Part shown: positions 36,123 to 49,000 of the stretch, piece after piece | Position numbering within the stretch: the stretch's first letter is position 1 | How the letters are laid out: each line of letters starts with the position of its first letter | NCBI RefSeq assembly: GCF_000143415.4 | Contig: NW_003314333.1 | Coordinates: 310,001 to 374,000 of the forward strand | DNA length: 64,000 nt | DNA from: Selaginella moellendorffii | Taxonomy: Eukaryota; Plantae; Lycopodiophyta | Direction: 5' to 3' | Program-made: the position numbers and the translations under genes | The notes under the pieces: model-generated | The model's input: only the letters and a program-made list of their open reading frames with translations | Databases searched by the model: none | Told to the model about the DNA's origin: nothing

Positions 36123-36815
36123 TATTCCTTTACTAAGTTTCTAATGTATTTTATTTCAAGGTGAACAATCCGAATCTGAATCAGAGGAGGCATGATGGCA
36201 TGTGGCCCTTTGCACTAGTATATCTTAATACCGGTCTGAGAAATAGAATGGCATGTGCCCTTAGGCCTTTTACTAAATCACCTTTGAAAGAAATGCAAGC
36301 CTCTATGTCGTAAAAAAAAGGTACTAGAGAAATTCCTTAATAATATGAATGTTATTTAGTTTCATGAAAATACACTAAGGGTCAAATGAGTTAAATGACT
36401 TCTCCAGACTAGCAATGCCTCTTGCTACACCTTCACAATTAGATTCGTTAGAAAAAGATAACATTGAATAATATCTAAATGTTCTCACCATTAAGTTATA
36501 TGTCTGGCTAATAGGAATGACGTTCATCTTGGAAAGCTCACCACACGCTCAATGAACAAACAAATAGTGTGTGCACGCATGCCATCGCTCTTCTTTAGCT
36601 TCAGATTCGGCTTGTTCACCTTGACAATGAGATTTATTATACAACCAGATGGACTCAGTCTGGACACAAAGTCACCGCGCTAGTCACCATGCCCCAGATA
36701 TGTCTAGCCCCTGGACAAAAAACATATAATTTCACGTCATTTTCAAATACTTGAAAATTTGTACCTAGTCCCATTTTACTGAATAAATCCCACTTTAACG
36801 AAATAGAGCTTTGTA

Positions 36816-37336
36816 TATGACTTTGATATTGTTTATCTCTTGATTTTTGGGTTTGGGCCAATATAGGTAGACTAACTTCGGCACTTCGTGTGTATAGTGA
36901 AATCTCTAGTCATGAGATAACTACTGTTGACTAATCATATCACCCACCTCGCTCTTAATGTTCCTTATTCTGTTTAAAAGGGTCTGACTATGTAAAAAAC
37001 TCTAATTGCCTATTTATAATAGTCTATCTAAACCTTATCAACAGGTTTGGTTTGTTTGCTCAAGAGGGTTAGGGCTTTTAGCTTCTTCTTTATATCACCT
37101 GCAGGTAAAGACATATCATCTTTTGTAAGTTAGGTGATACCTAGAGTAGTAAGGGTGGCTAACTTCATTCGTCATTTCTTTGTCGGCAACAGCAGGAAGG
37201 TATCTAAGTTGTAGTGCATTTATGTTAAATAGAGAGGTTACCTTAACTCATTTAAGTTGGTGCATTTTTCGTAAAATGTGAATACCATGAATTTTTTCTA
37301 GAGTTATTTCCTTGGTAGTGCTCTAGGCTAGAGTAT
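36816..37336 (+). mobile_element. Old LARD copy C, right part
   Basis: Homologous to ~48570-49092; stops just short of the PPT, where an unrelated TG-starting sequence begins. Confidence 0.8.
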
Positions 37337-38131
37337 TGTGAGACACAAATCCCTAAGCCCCAAAGTGGAGCCGAAAGGGTGCCACGTGGTAGTGGCCGAA
37401 GCAAAAGCCAAACGAGCATAACACGTTTGGACTAAAAGGCTCCGACTTGAAAGGCTGAGAGTGGGAGTGGAACTCCCAACGAAGTGCTCAAGGAAGGAGC
37501 ATGAAGCGAGCAATAAGCAAGGCTCCAAAAAGGGACCCAAAAGGACCAACACATGACACGTGGAAGTGTCCGAGATGGAGTTCGAGATGGACCCGAGTTG
37601 GAGTTCAAGATGGAGTCCAAGGTGGACCTGAGATGGAGTTTGAGGTGGACCCAAGATGGAGTCCGAGATGGACCCGAGTTGGAGTCCGAGGTGGAGTCCG
37701 AGATGGAGTCCGAGATGGACCCGAGATGGAGTCCGAGATGGAGTCCGAGATGGAGTCCGAGATGGATCCGAGATGGATCCGAGATGGAATCCGAGATGGA
37801 GTCCGAGAAGGACCCGACATGGAGTCCGAGGTCGAGACCGAGACCGGGACTAAGACCGAGATCGGGACCGAGACCGAGACTGAGACCGAGATTGGGAGTT
37901 CGAGATGGAGTCCAAGGTGGACCTGAGATGGAGTCTGAGGTGGACCCGAGATGGAGTCCGAGATGGACCCGAGTTGGAGTCCGAGGTGGAGTCCGAGATG
38001 GAGTCCGAGATGGACCCGAGATGGAGTCCGAGATGGAGTCCGAGATGGAGTCCGAGATGGATCCGAGATGGAATCCGAGATGGAGTCCGAGAAGGACCCG
38101 AGATGGAGTCCGAGGTCGAGACCGAGACCGG

Positions 38132-38164
<33 letters not shown>

Positions 38165-39167
38165 TGAGACCGAGATCGAGACCGAGACCGAGGCCGAGGC
38201 CGAGGCCGAGACCGAGCCCGAGCCCGAGTCCAAGTCCGAGTCCGAGTCCAAGTCCGAGTTCGAGTCCAAGTCCGAGTCTGAGTCCGAGTCCGAGTCCGAG
38301 TCCGAGTCCGAGTTCAAGTTTGAGAAGGTGAAAGCCCAAAGCGTTCGTCTCCCAGACCCTAGGGGGTTTGGTGAGGTCTAAAAGTATAGTAAGGGGGAGG
38401 ACTGCAGTGGAGCCAGTTTGGCTAGGAAAGGCCAGTTTGGCCTAGGAAGGCTAGACCCAGTGTTGGGTGATGAACTGACCACTGGGAAGTCCAAGACTAG
38501 AGTGAATACAAACCGACAAGCGGGGTAGCTTGGTGAAGTGTTCAAGAGCCGGCTCTAGTTCCCTCGGGAGATTGACTAGCTGATGCTCCCAGTCCAAGTG
38601 TGGGTGGCACTACCTACTTGGATACCTAGTGTGGCTCAATGGAACCTCACTCTAAGCCCATGGCTAGAGCACCTAAAGGCGGAAGGTGGGGAGAGTACCC
38701 ACAGGGCTTGCGTAGGGCCACAGTGTTCTGAAATGTTGTCCCGAAGTCCTATACGGGGGAAAGGAGGAGGAGCAGTCCTCTAGTGTAGTGACTACGGATA
38801 CAGTCACATGCTGAGGAAGTCCCAGAGGACAATGGGACTTAGTGGCTGGGCCTACGGGCCTTGATCTAGTGGCAGTGTTGGTGAACATGGCCATAGATGG
38901 AAAAGGGACTTGGCAGGAACTGACAAAGGGATGTTGGGGAAGGCTATTCCCCATGTCTGTGGGCATACTAAGGATGCTAAGGAGTGGATCTAGGATAACC
39001 ACTCGTGGACAGACAGCCCAGTCTTGAAGAGACGAGATTGTGATGCAAGTGGTATTGGACCACCAGTGCGGCAAAGGTGAATATGCATGGCTTTAGCATA
39101 ACGGGCTGATATGTCAGTGGTACCTTTGGGTGTCGGTCTTGGGAGTGGACATATGGAGCACTTGGAC
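37337..39167. mobile_element. Probable LTR-like fragment of a related family containing a minisatellite
   Basis: Starts TGTGAG. Shares CACGTG boxes and GTGAAAGCCCAAAGCGT...GTATAGTA with the LARD LTR. No partner LTR or TSD found. Confidence 0.4.
37566..38320. repeat. Compound minisatellite (GGAGTCCGAGAT / GGACCCGAGAT / GACCGA / GTCCGA) with a ~300-bp higher-order duplication
   Basis: Visible tandem 11-12-mers grading into hexamers; block ~37577-37880 recurs at ~37895-38190. Confidence 0.92.
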
Positions 39168-39588
39168 TGTTAGGATCCTATCCCTTACACCCTAAGCCAA
39201 CTGGCTAAAGGGGTGATCACTTGATTGCAGGGCCCTTTCCTTATCCTATTATCCTGACCTGGTGCCTAACAATCCTCCCCCTTGTCAGGGAATGATCGTC
39301 CGCGATCATACTTAGGCCACCATCCGGTCACCATGGTCCTTCTCTTAGGGTCTACCAAACCTTGGTTCTCCCTCTAGATCCACCATGTTGAATATTCCTT
39401 CAGAATAGTCCTGCCCCACTCGTTAGCCACGAGAATCGAACTGGGCTCCGAGACCAATGTTAGGATCCTATCCCTTACACCCTAAGCCAACTAGCTAAAG
39501 GGGTGATCACTTGATTGTAGGGCCCTTTCCTTATCGTATTATCCTGACCTGGTGCCTAACAATCCTCCCCCTCGTCAGGGTATGATCG
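39168..39588 (-). mobile_element. TRIM (104-bp LTRs at 39168-39271 and 39458-39561, 186-bp interior) plus part of a further tandem unit
   Basis: TG...CA LTRs; degenerate Met PBS TGGTCTCGGAGCC; PPT AGGGGGAGGAT before each LTR (minus strand). Confidence 0.9.
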
Positions 39589-42391
39589 CTGGAGTATGGT
39601 GGCGTTAAAGATGTGTGGTTTGGCAAGGGCGTTCAACCACCAGTTGTTATGCTCTCTGCTACATCTTTGAAGCGGGCTTGTCGTAATGGAAAAGCACTTT
39701 CAAGTTACTTGCTGTTTGTTCGTGACTTGGGGGACCAAGGCACGTGTGGGGGAGAAGCAGCAGTACGGGATGTACTTGATGAGTTTTCTGATGTTTTTCC
39801 ATCTGAAATTCCTCATGGATTGCCTCCATTACGAGGTGTGGAGCATGGGATTACATTGGAGCCGGGGACGCGGCCAATTTACCAGCGTCCATTTCGATTA
39901 AGTTATGCGGAGGAGCAAGAAGTTCAACGACAAGTCAAGGAGTTACTTGAGTTTGGATTCATTCAGCCAAGTAAGTCTCCATTTGGTGCTCCGGTCTTGC
40001 TTGTGAAGAAGAAGGACGATTCAATGCGAATGTGTATTGACTACCACGCTTTGAACAAGAAGACAGTGAAGGATAAGATGCCGATGCCACGTGTGGATGA
40101 TATCCTAGACAAGCTTGGTGAAGCACGAGTGTTTACCAAGATTGATCTGAGGAGTGGATATCATCAGATTGCAATGGATAATGTATCTATCTCCAAAACG
40201 GCATTCAACACAAGCTTTGGATATTTTGAGTTTACAGTTATGCCGTTTGGTTTGACGAATGCACCGGCCACATTTACTCGGTTGATGACGGAGGTATTTG
40301 GGCGTTATCTTCATGAGTTTGTGGAGATTTTCTTGGACGATATTCTTGTTTTTAGCAAGAATATGGAGGAGCATAGGGTGCATTTGCGCAAGGTTCTTTT
40401 GTTACTTCGAGACAGCAAACTTTATGCAAAGAAGAGCAAATGTGAATTTGCAAAGTCGGAGGTGGAATATCTAGGCCATATTGTGACATCTAAAGGTGTC
40501 AAGACGGATCCAAGGAAGGTGGCTGTGGTGGAAAACTGGCCTACACCGACTACAGTGGCCGAGTTGCGCAGTTTTCTTGGTATGGCTAGTTACTACCGAC
40601 GTTTCCAGCTTAAGTTTGCAGAGGTGGCTATTCCTTTGACGCGGATGCTACGCAAGAATGTGCCATTCGAGTGGAAGACGCCATAAGAGGAGAGTTTTGT
40701 GGCGCTGAAACGATTGTTGAGCGAGGCTCCAGTGCTTCGCATTGCTGATCCATCGAAACCTTACGAGGTGACATGCGATGCGAGTGGTTATGCACTGGGA
40801 GGAGTTCTCATGCAAGAGGGACAGCCTATTGCATATGAGAGTCGAACTTTGAATTCCGCGGAGCAACGCTATTCTACATATGAGCAAGAGTTACTCTCTA
40901 TTGTTCATGCTTTGCGGACGTGGCGGCACTATCTTTATGGTGCAGTGTTCGTGATGTTGACAGATCACAAACCACTTGTGTATCTTTTCACACAGAAGGA
41001 GTTGAACACTAGGCAAGCTCGTTGGATGGTCAAACTCATGGAGTTTGGGGAGTTTCCTATTGAGCATCGTCCGGGAAAATCAAATGTGGTGGCGGATGCT
41101 TTATCTCGTGTTCGTCATGTGACGACGTTACGAACACGAGTTTGTCATCATTTGAGTAAGGTGGTCAGCGAGTTTGGGCAATTGGTTGAGCATGCTCAGG
41201 CTCAGGATGCTGAGGTGGCCTCTTTGCGAGACCAGATGGAAGCTCCTTTCTCATTGGTGGATGGGATTCTCTACTACAATGGCCGTGTCTATTTGCCACG
41301 GGTGGATGCATTAATTACTCAAGTTTTATTCCACTATCATGATCGTCCAGAGGCCGGTCATTTTGGGGGGAAGAAGACGTATGAGTTGATTAAGCGCAAC
41401 TTTTATTAGAGGAATATGAAGGCTGATATCCTCAAGTATTGTAAATCATGCGAGCTTTGTCAGCGGGTTAAGGTGCCACGGGAGAAGCCAGGGGGACTTT
41501 TGCAACCTTTACCTATTCCTCAGAGCCGTTGGTGTAGTATCTCTATGGACTTCATCACTTGTTTGCCACGAACACAGAGGCAAAAGGAGCAAGTATGGGT
41601 CATAGTGGATCGGTTGACAAAGTATGTGTGGTTGTTGGCTCTTCGGAAGACTGTCACTGCCTCAGACTTGGCTGCGGTTTACTTGGAGAAGGTTTTTCCT
41701 GATTTTGGTTTATCGGAGGAAATCATTAGTGATCGAGATTCAAAGTTCACCAGTGGATTTTAGAAAAGCTTTGCAAAGGCTATGCAAGTGACTTTGAAAC
41801 TCTCGAGTGGAGATCATCCTCAGACGGATGGGCAAACTGAGCGTGTGAATCAGGTGGTGGAGGATATGCTACATTGTAGCATTGGTCAAAGGCAAGGACA
41901 GTGGGATCTATATCTTCCGTTTTGTGCAATTTGCTTACAACAATAGCCAACACAGTGGAACCAAGCTAAGTCCTTACTTTGCCATGTTTGGAAGGCATCC
42001 TCGAACAGCGGTGGAGTTGGGATTGCATTTGAGTAAGGACGTTCAAGATAAGCTTGATTCCGAGGCAACTGATCTGGCCACAAAACTTGATGAGATTCTG
42101 GTGGTGTATAAACGGAATTTGCAAGCAGCTCAGGATAGAGTGGAGAAGTTTGCCAATGAGCATCACCAATTCTGGGAATATAAGGTGGGTGATCTCGTCT
42201 TTGTGCGAGTGATCTTTCCGTCAAGTGAGCGGCAGAACACCTTGGTGCCTTTACGGACAGGGAAGAGTGATAAACTTTCCCATCGATATGCTGGTCCATA
42301 TGAAGTGCTGGAGCGCATTGGTAAAGCGGCTTATCGGGTGCAGCTGCCAGTTGGGGTGAAAATTCATCCGGTATTTATGTCAGCCAGTTGA
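39589..42391 (+). pseudogene. Gypsy pol (RT, RNase H, integrase, GPY/F)
   Basis: FTKIDLRSGYHQI, MPFGLTNAPATF, FLDDILVFS, TCDASGYALGGVL, ISMDFITCLP, IISDRDSKF, GPYEVLERIG. Stops at 40684, 41407 and 41761; frameshift near 41880. Confidence 0.95.
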
Positions 42392-42542
42392 AAGGTGTAC
42401 TATCTCGGAGTGACGGGCCCAATGCCTCCTTGATGTATACGGCTGTGGAAGATGGACCAGGAGCTTGAGCAGGATTCCCCAGAAAGGGTGATCACCGGTA
42501 CAACTCGTCCTTGGGACAAGAACTTTGTTGGGGGGAAAGAAT

Positions 42543-42775
42543 TGTTAGGCACCAGCTTTGACTACGTGGTCAACGTCGGTCAAAGGGAGGCTCAAGGGTA
42601 TATTAAGGCATGTTAGGGTAAGGGACTTAACCTACCCTAGGGCTCACAGGGGAGCGGTGGCGCAGTGGAGCTTTTGAGGTAGCTCGGGGGTGGTTGGGTG
42701 GTGAGGAACCTCAAGAGGTGGCGTAGCATAGTCTAGGGCAACTAGATCTTTGTCTTTTTGCGCCGGATCATAACA
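42543..42775 (+). repeat. Gypsy LTR (233 bp) lying between pol and gag
   Basis: Preceded by PPT GGGGGGAAAGAAT; TGTTAGGCACCAG...GGATCATAACA; followed by Met PBS TGGTATCAGAG and a gag ATG at 42800. Confidence 0.9.
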
Positions 42776-43012
42776 TTGGTATCAGAGGAGTTGGTTGCGA
42801 TGGCCGACCAAGCTGAACGCTGGAATCCTATTGTCGATGGTGGTGCCGACGATGGTGCCGACGAAGTTGCGGAAATTTGGACCATTCAAGATGTGGTTCA
42901 TGAGCTGCGAGCCCTTAATAAAAATCAGCAAGAGATGCAAGACGAGATGCATGGCATGATGGATACCATGCGTGGGCGTGTTGAGGCACTCGAGGCTGGA
43001 CGGGGTAGCACT

Positions 43013-46000
43013 TGTCGCGAATGTGACTTCAGGTATCGAAAGTTACCTGTCGGCTAGTCCTTACGGACACTCTTACCTTACTGCCGCGACGGCAGGAGGT
43101 CAGTATTGCTGGAGTCGTTATCAGTCTCCGCCTAAGCTAGTTGAGAAACTGGTGTGCACTTGACCAGATGGGCATAAGGACGGAATTCCTAAGTGCTATT
43201 AGTCAAGCATACTTGACCTGGTTAGAGAAACTTTTTGTTGACTTGCACTTGCTAGTGTTTGGAACCCCCGCAATATTGAGATTGGTCCCTCAATATCGCT
43301 AGATGATAGCTTACCGTGTTTGCCAAACACCCTCGCTATCATGCCCTTAGCGTTAGTCTCAATTCGGTCCCAAACGCTATTTATAGAAAGTGTCCAGATT
43401 TGCTCATTTGGCATATCTACAGAATGTAGAGATCGTCCTGAACACAATGGTGTTCGTCCCGTGTCCAAATTCACATTCTAAGGACATTCCATATTTAGTA
43501 AGTTTCAAGCTTGTCCCAGAGACTAACTCCTGATACTAAGGGAGGCTTGGGGTGAAAGCCCAAAGCGTGTGTTCCTCAAGGGGGGGGGGGGGCTGTGGGG
43601 GGTTCCAAATGTATAGTAGGGGTAGTGGGTAGGTCGGGCATGGCCGACCAACCTGAGGCATAGTCTAGCTCCCGCTTGCGTGCCTGTCCTTGTTCTGCGT
43701 CCGGCTTGGGTCTAAGCCCAAGTTCCATTCCATGCTAGCTGGTGGAGTACCCATATCCTCACGTTAGGCCACCGGTATGCCGAAATAGCGCCAGACTCTG
43801 TTTGGCTCCGTTTTGCGTGCTGGTCCTGGCATTGGGATGCTGGTTGCTCCAGGACTGTTCCAAGTCGCTCCGGGCTCCTGTCCCTTCGCTCCTTGGGCTG
43901 TATGCTCGGGAGTTGCTCCGTGGTCTGGTTCCATCACTCCTTGGCTCCATGCTTGGGAGTTTGGCACCGTTCCTTTGTTCAGCGGCCCAAGGCCCTGAAC
44001 CTCAGGTTCCTATGGACACGTGGCATGGACACGTGGCATGTGACATGTGGCATCTGTCACGTGGCACAAAGAGGGTTTAGGTTTTGCTTCGTGGTGTTAT
44101 CCTATGGTAAATCACCATAGGATAAAGGGTCAAAACTATGTGCGCTATATTTAGTATCAGAGGAAGAGTCTCAGCGAGTGGTATTCAATGAGATTGGGCA
44201 ACTAGTCTCGTTGCATACGCAGAGATGAAAACGATGATCCGAGTGGGTACATGTTTGGTGCAAAGGGTTCACATTCGTTCCTTGGGTATGGTTTTGGTTA
44301 TCTTTTGTACCTAATAATGTGAGCTTGCTCTTGGGCTCATAGGATGGATTTGAGATGCTCTGTTAGCACGAGTTTATGCTTGGGCTCGTGAGTGAGGCAC
44401 ATTAGCAACTCAAGATTAAACTTTGAGTTGGCAGGATTAATGTTAGCCTATCGGTGGTTCTATAAGTTGTTCCATGTACCGTGGGTGAAAGTAAACCTTC
44501 CCTGAGTTTGCTATGAGTTGCAAATAGGCTAGTCCGTAGCTGTTTAGCACGGCACTAGTGGATTCTTCCTAGGTATGATTACAAGTGGATCAATCAAGAC
44601 TGTAGGGATTAGTCTATTGATTCAAGTAATCATTGCCGTGCTCTCTCATAAACTTTTCTTGGATTGAACTGAAGGCAATGCGAATGCAAGCTTGAGGTTT
44701 GGTCAAAAGATGAGACCGAAAAGAGAGTCATCGGGGACGAAGGATCAAACACGTAAATCATCTTCTCCTCTTGAAGAGATGATTTGCAACGAGGTGTGAC
44801 TCATTGCTTGTGTTCACATTATGCAATCAAGAGTCCCTACCTTGATGCATGTTGGAAATGATCGTCTTACAAGTGGTGAGTCATGGGATGGATAGCGGTG
44901 AAACGTTATACCATTTTGTCTAGGCTTGCTATTGGAAGACTTGGGTTGCAATGCTCAATTCTTTTTCAGGAAACCTTGCTATTGCTCCTTGAATAGCTTG
45001 GTGTTGGATTAGTGTTGAGTTTGGTCGGAAAGAGAGTGGCATGAGTTTGTCCGTGTTGTGAACAAAAGTTAGTGGTGTTAGGTGTTGTAAATCTCTATTG
45101 GTGGAGTGTGGCATTTATGTTGCATTTTGTCGAATTGAGTTGATACTTGATACTCACATAGACCTTTGAAGTAATGACATTGGCATTGCTCATGGTGTTG
45201 CTCAATTGATGATCAAGTAATTGTGATTTCCATATCATATCCATGTGATAATGAGCAATGTGTTTACAAAGTTGCTTGGTTAAACGATGATCAACCCCAA
45301 AGTGGTTGATGGTGAAGCTAGTCTACTTGCACGAAGTAGCATTGTAGTAGCTTTGACTAAATTCTCGATAATGATCCATTATGCTAAGCTTAAGTTGGTT
45401 CCTTGTTCCTTGAGAGCTTGCCCATTTTGGTGTTGGAAAGGTTATAGTATTTGTTTGCTATAGCTTGTTAGTTTATTCGTTAACACTTGGAGTAGATTGT
45501 TGGATAGAAAAGGTGTGTAGTTAAGGCATTGATAGCGCTAGCACTTGTGTTAGTGGAAGTGGCATTGTTGATTCGAGTGATGAGGAGTTTTCCTTAGAGC
45601 TTGATTTTCCATGTCATTTTTCTTGTTAGTGTTTTGGCTTCACATTGGATCTTGAAGGTAATCGAAGAAGAGCGTTAGTGCAATGTGGATATCCAAAGAT
45701 GTGGTCTTCGTGATCAAGCCTTGGATGTTCCATTTGCATTTTACAGATGTCGGAGTTGGATGTTGAAAGTATGGGCAAAAAGATGTTCGAGGCTTAAGTA
45801 TACTATGGGTCATAAGAATTTGTGTTGAGGTGAGCCTATGTGAAGTTGTTTAGTAGGAGGAAGTTGGTTGAGTCTTGAAAGTTTATATTCCTGGACTGAG
45901 AGTTATTCTTTCTCTAGGATAGAAATTTTCCGCAAATTTTCTTAGACTTTTCCAATGGCTGATCTGTTAGTCACTTTGCTCGAAAACCATTCCGTTTTCG

Positions 46001-49000
46001 AAAGCCAGTACAAATTAGTGAAGGGGTTGGAGTTAACTTCGGTTGGCTTAGACCTTAGTAGATAGTTTGTATGATGCAGCCCGAAAGGGATACTGACTTT
46101 TGGGGCTAAGGCAATTAAGTTGGATAGAGTCTGGAGTTGGTGTAGAAGAGTGGCCGTTGCACTTTTCTAGAAAGGTGACCCTTGTGCCTTTCTTTTGTAG
46201 CATTATGCTTGGTGGCAGGTTGCACTTTGCATTTCGTTAGACTCTATGAGAGTAGTGAGCTCTCACTGATCTTGACTTAGTCTTGGTGGCCCTGCACCTT
46301 GGCTAAAGATGGTGATGTCTAACTTAGTTGTTTGAGTTTGAGATGTTAGTACCCATACTATAGCTTTGTCTATGAGGAGGTTGTGTACCGATATGAGTTC
46401 ATCTCATGGTCTTCACTTTAGTTTCGGCTAAGTGTTGATCATGCATAGCTAGCCTCTTCAAGGCATGCTCAGAGTTAGTGGCTAAATGCATTGGTGAGCT
46501 TATCGTGGTTGAGTTGGATTCGAGTGGTCATTTGGTTTGTGCTTGCCTATGAACTTTTATCTCATATCTGGGGTATTACGTTCATGTTAGACAAGTATAT
46601 GACTCGATGACGTGAGTTTAGTGTTTGAGTCTTGTGAAGGCAAGTTGAAGAGTGGTTGTTGGTTGCTTTGCGACTAATGGTTGCTTGTAGACTTCATCGA
46701 GGACTGTTAGACACTTGCTTCGCTTGATGAAGATTTAACAGTGATGGGTTTACTTTACCAGATGGTGTTACGGAGGATCGTCTCATTTGACTTACATGGG
46801 TTTTCCATGTTGGCATGTCGACTCTACCTCTGTTGATATCATTTGGTTGCGTTTAGTTCATAGTGTTGGATTTCATTGAGTCTTGGACGTGGTGATGCAC
46901 TCCTTGAGGAAGTGTTATCTGTACCTAAGTAATGTTGAAGAACTAGTCTCGGATACTGACTAAAGTATTTTCGACTTTGGTTAGCTTGGTTGCAAGAAAG
47001 TTTTGAGTGGTGATTCACTCTTGCTTTCTTTTAGCTTTATTCTGATGTTGATGGCATTGAGGTGATGCCTTGTCATTGATATTATTGATGTTGAGATTCA
47101 AGTGAGATGATATATCTATCCTTAGGATTGATATTGAGTTTCATTGCTCTCGATGAAGATAGTGTTGATGATTTGGCTATGGCTTTGTGTTATTGGTATT
47201 CGTACATTTGCTTATTCGCAACTATGTTGACGTTCAAATGAACTGAGTGGCAAGTTTGAGTTAGTTGTGTTATAGACGAGATTATTTAGTAGGGGTTGAG
47301 CTTTGGCTTTTCCTTGAAAAGTGATTCAGTCATGGACGATGCTAACTCTACAAGCAAAAGAGTTAGTGATTGATATTGGAATGTTTGAATCCTTATTGGA
47401 TTTGAATTGGAATATATCGATAATTGATGGTTCTTCTTGTGCTTGTTATGAAGTGAGTTACGTCTTGCTAAAGATGGATTCATGGAGGATCGTTTGGTGA
47501 TCACTTGTTGAGCATAGCTTTGTTATGCTTAGCTTTTGGATTGATGCAGACATGCTCTTCATTAGCTTTGGCATTATGAAGTTTAGCTTATGGATGTGTT
47601 GAGGAGGATATTGTGGATTGTACCATGATTTCTTCTTTAGCATTGAAGTTAGTTCATGCGAGACTCATGATCATTGTTAGGCAAGACTTGGCTATAGGCT
47701 TCTTCGAGCTTTTGGTTCCTTGAACTTTCATACTTGTGGACCATTGGTTAGAAGTTGTTGGGGAAGGCATTTTGGCTCATTAGCTTCGATGTTGACGTTA
47801 GTCTTTGCATTTAGCAATCATTGGTGATGATTGACTATCATCTAAGATAGTTGATTATCCTTGTCAAGGGTTTTGCTTGATTATTGTTGGTATAGAATAA
47901 TTTGCTGTTCTTCGGGATAGTAGATTCTTTCTTCGATGATGATTATGCATTTCTCTATTGATAGAATGATTGATGATCTTTTATGGTGGTTAGTTGTTCT
48001 CTTTGATGGCTTGTGGCTTTTTGCAATATCACATGTTCTTTGTGATTTGCTCTGGATTAGTCTTTTGGGTTTGAGACATCAGTAGGATGTTGCTGACACT
48101 TGCTTAGGCAACTTGAGTTCCTTGGTATTGTTGGCTGGGATCTATTTGGATTAGCTTTTGTGATAGTTGGCAGGAATGAGTGTTGTTGGTCTTATCGCAT
48201 TCATTCTCTTTTGTTGATTGTTGCTCAAGTTTGTTCTGATAGATTGGAATGTTATTTCCTCCGGGTGATACATTCGCGAGCATTTTGCTTGCCAATTGAT
48301 GATACTTTGTGTTCTTTGAGTTTTCTTTGGTAAGTTGTTTGGCATTCTATCTGCAATCTTTAATAGTTAAACTTTATCATTGAGTTTACTTGATGATATA
48401 CTTGCTATTGAATTTTGTTGATGGTGCATCTTATGTTTACCAACTATAATGCTCTTGGTGGTTCCTGCACTATTATACTGGTTTATCGGATGATAACTTG
48501 CTTAGAATACTTTTGTGTTCTACTCTAAGATATAATCACTGATAATTAAGCTTCTAAGATATCATTGTTTCTGACTTTGATATTGTCCATCTATTGATCT
48601 TTGAGTTTGGGCCACTATAGGCAGACTGGCTTCGGCACTTCCTGTGCATGGTGAAATCTCTAGTCATGGGGTAGCTACTGTCGACTGGTCACATAACCCG
48701 CCTCTTTGTCGATGTTCCTTATTCCGTTTAAAAGGGCGTGACCGTGTAAACAACTCTAACTGCCTGTTTACAGTAGTCTATCTAAACCTCACCGACGGGT
48801 TTGGTTTCTTTGCTTAGGAGGGTTGGGGCCTCTAGCTTCTCTCTCTATGTCCATGCGGGCAGGGCATATCACACTTTTGTAAGCTGGGTGACTCCCAAAG
48901 CAGCAGGGGTGGCTGACTCCGTTGGTCATTTCCTTGTCGGCGACGGCCGGAAGGTGTCTGAGCTAGTAGTGCATCCGCGTTAGACAAAAAGGTTACCCCT

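Larger units (their letters stand above)
17860..36811 (+). mobile_element. Sola-like (DUF7869-type transposase) DNA transposon, ~11.7 kb plus nested LARD
   Basis: 24-bp TIR AAGCTCTATTTCGTTAAAGTGGGA. 4-bp TSD TGTA at 17856-17859 and 36812-36815; the empty site is visible at ~16772. An internal transposase is present. The superfamily call rests on the TSD length and motifs only. Confidence 0.85.

Noticed and set aside
18636-36585. Palindromes as a CRISPR array or terminators
   Set aside because: Irregular spacing (tens of bp to kb), no U-tract, no cas genes.
37328-38381. SR/RP/ES-repeat proteins; CRISPR-like array
   Set aside because: Translations of a minisatellite; there are no unique spacers and the context is eukaryotic.
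42391-42530. Chromodomain after the second Gypsy integrase
   Set aside because: No chromodomain motif visible between GPY/F and the PPT.
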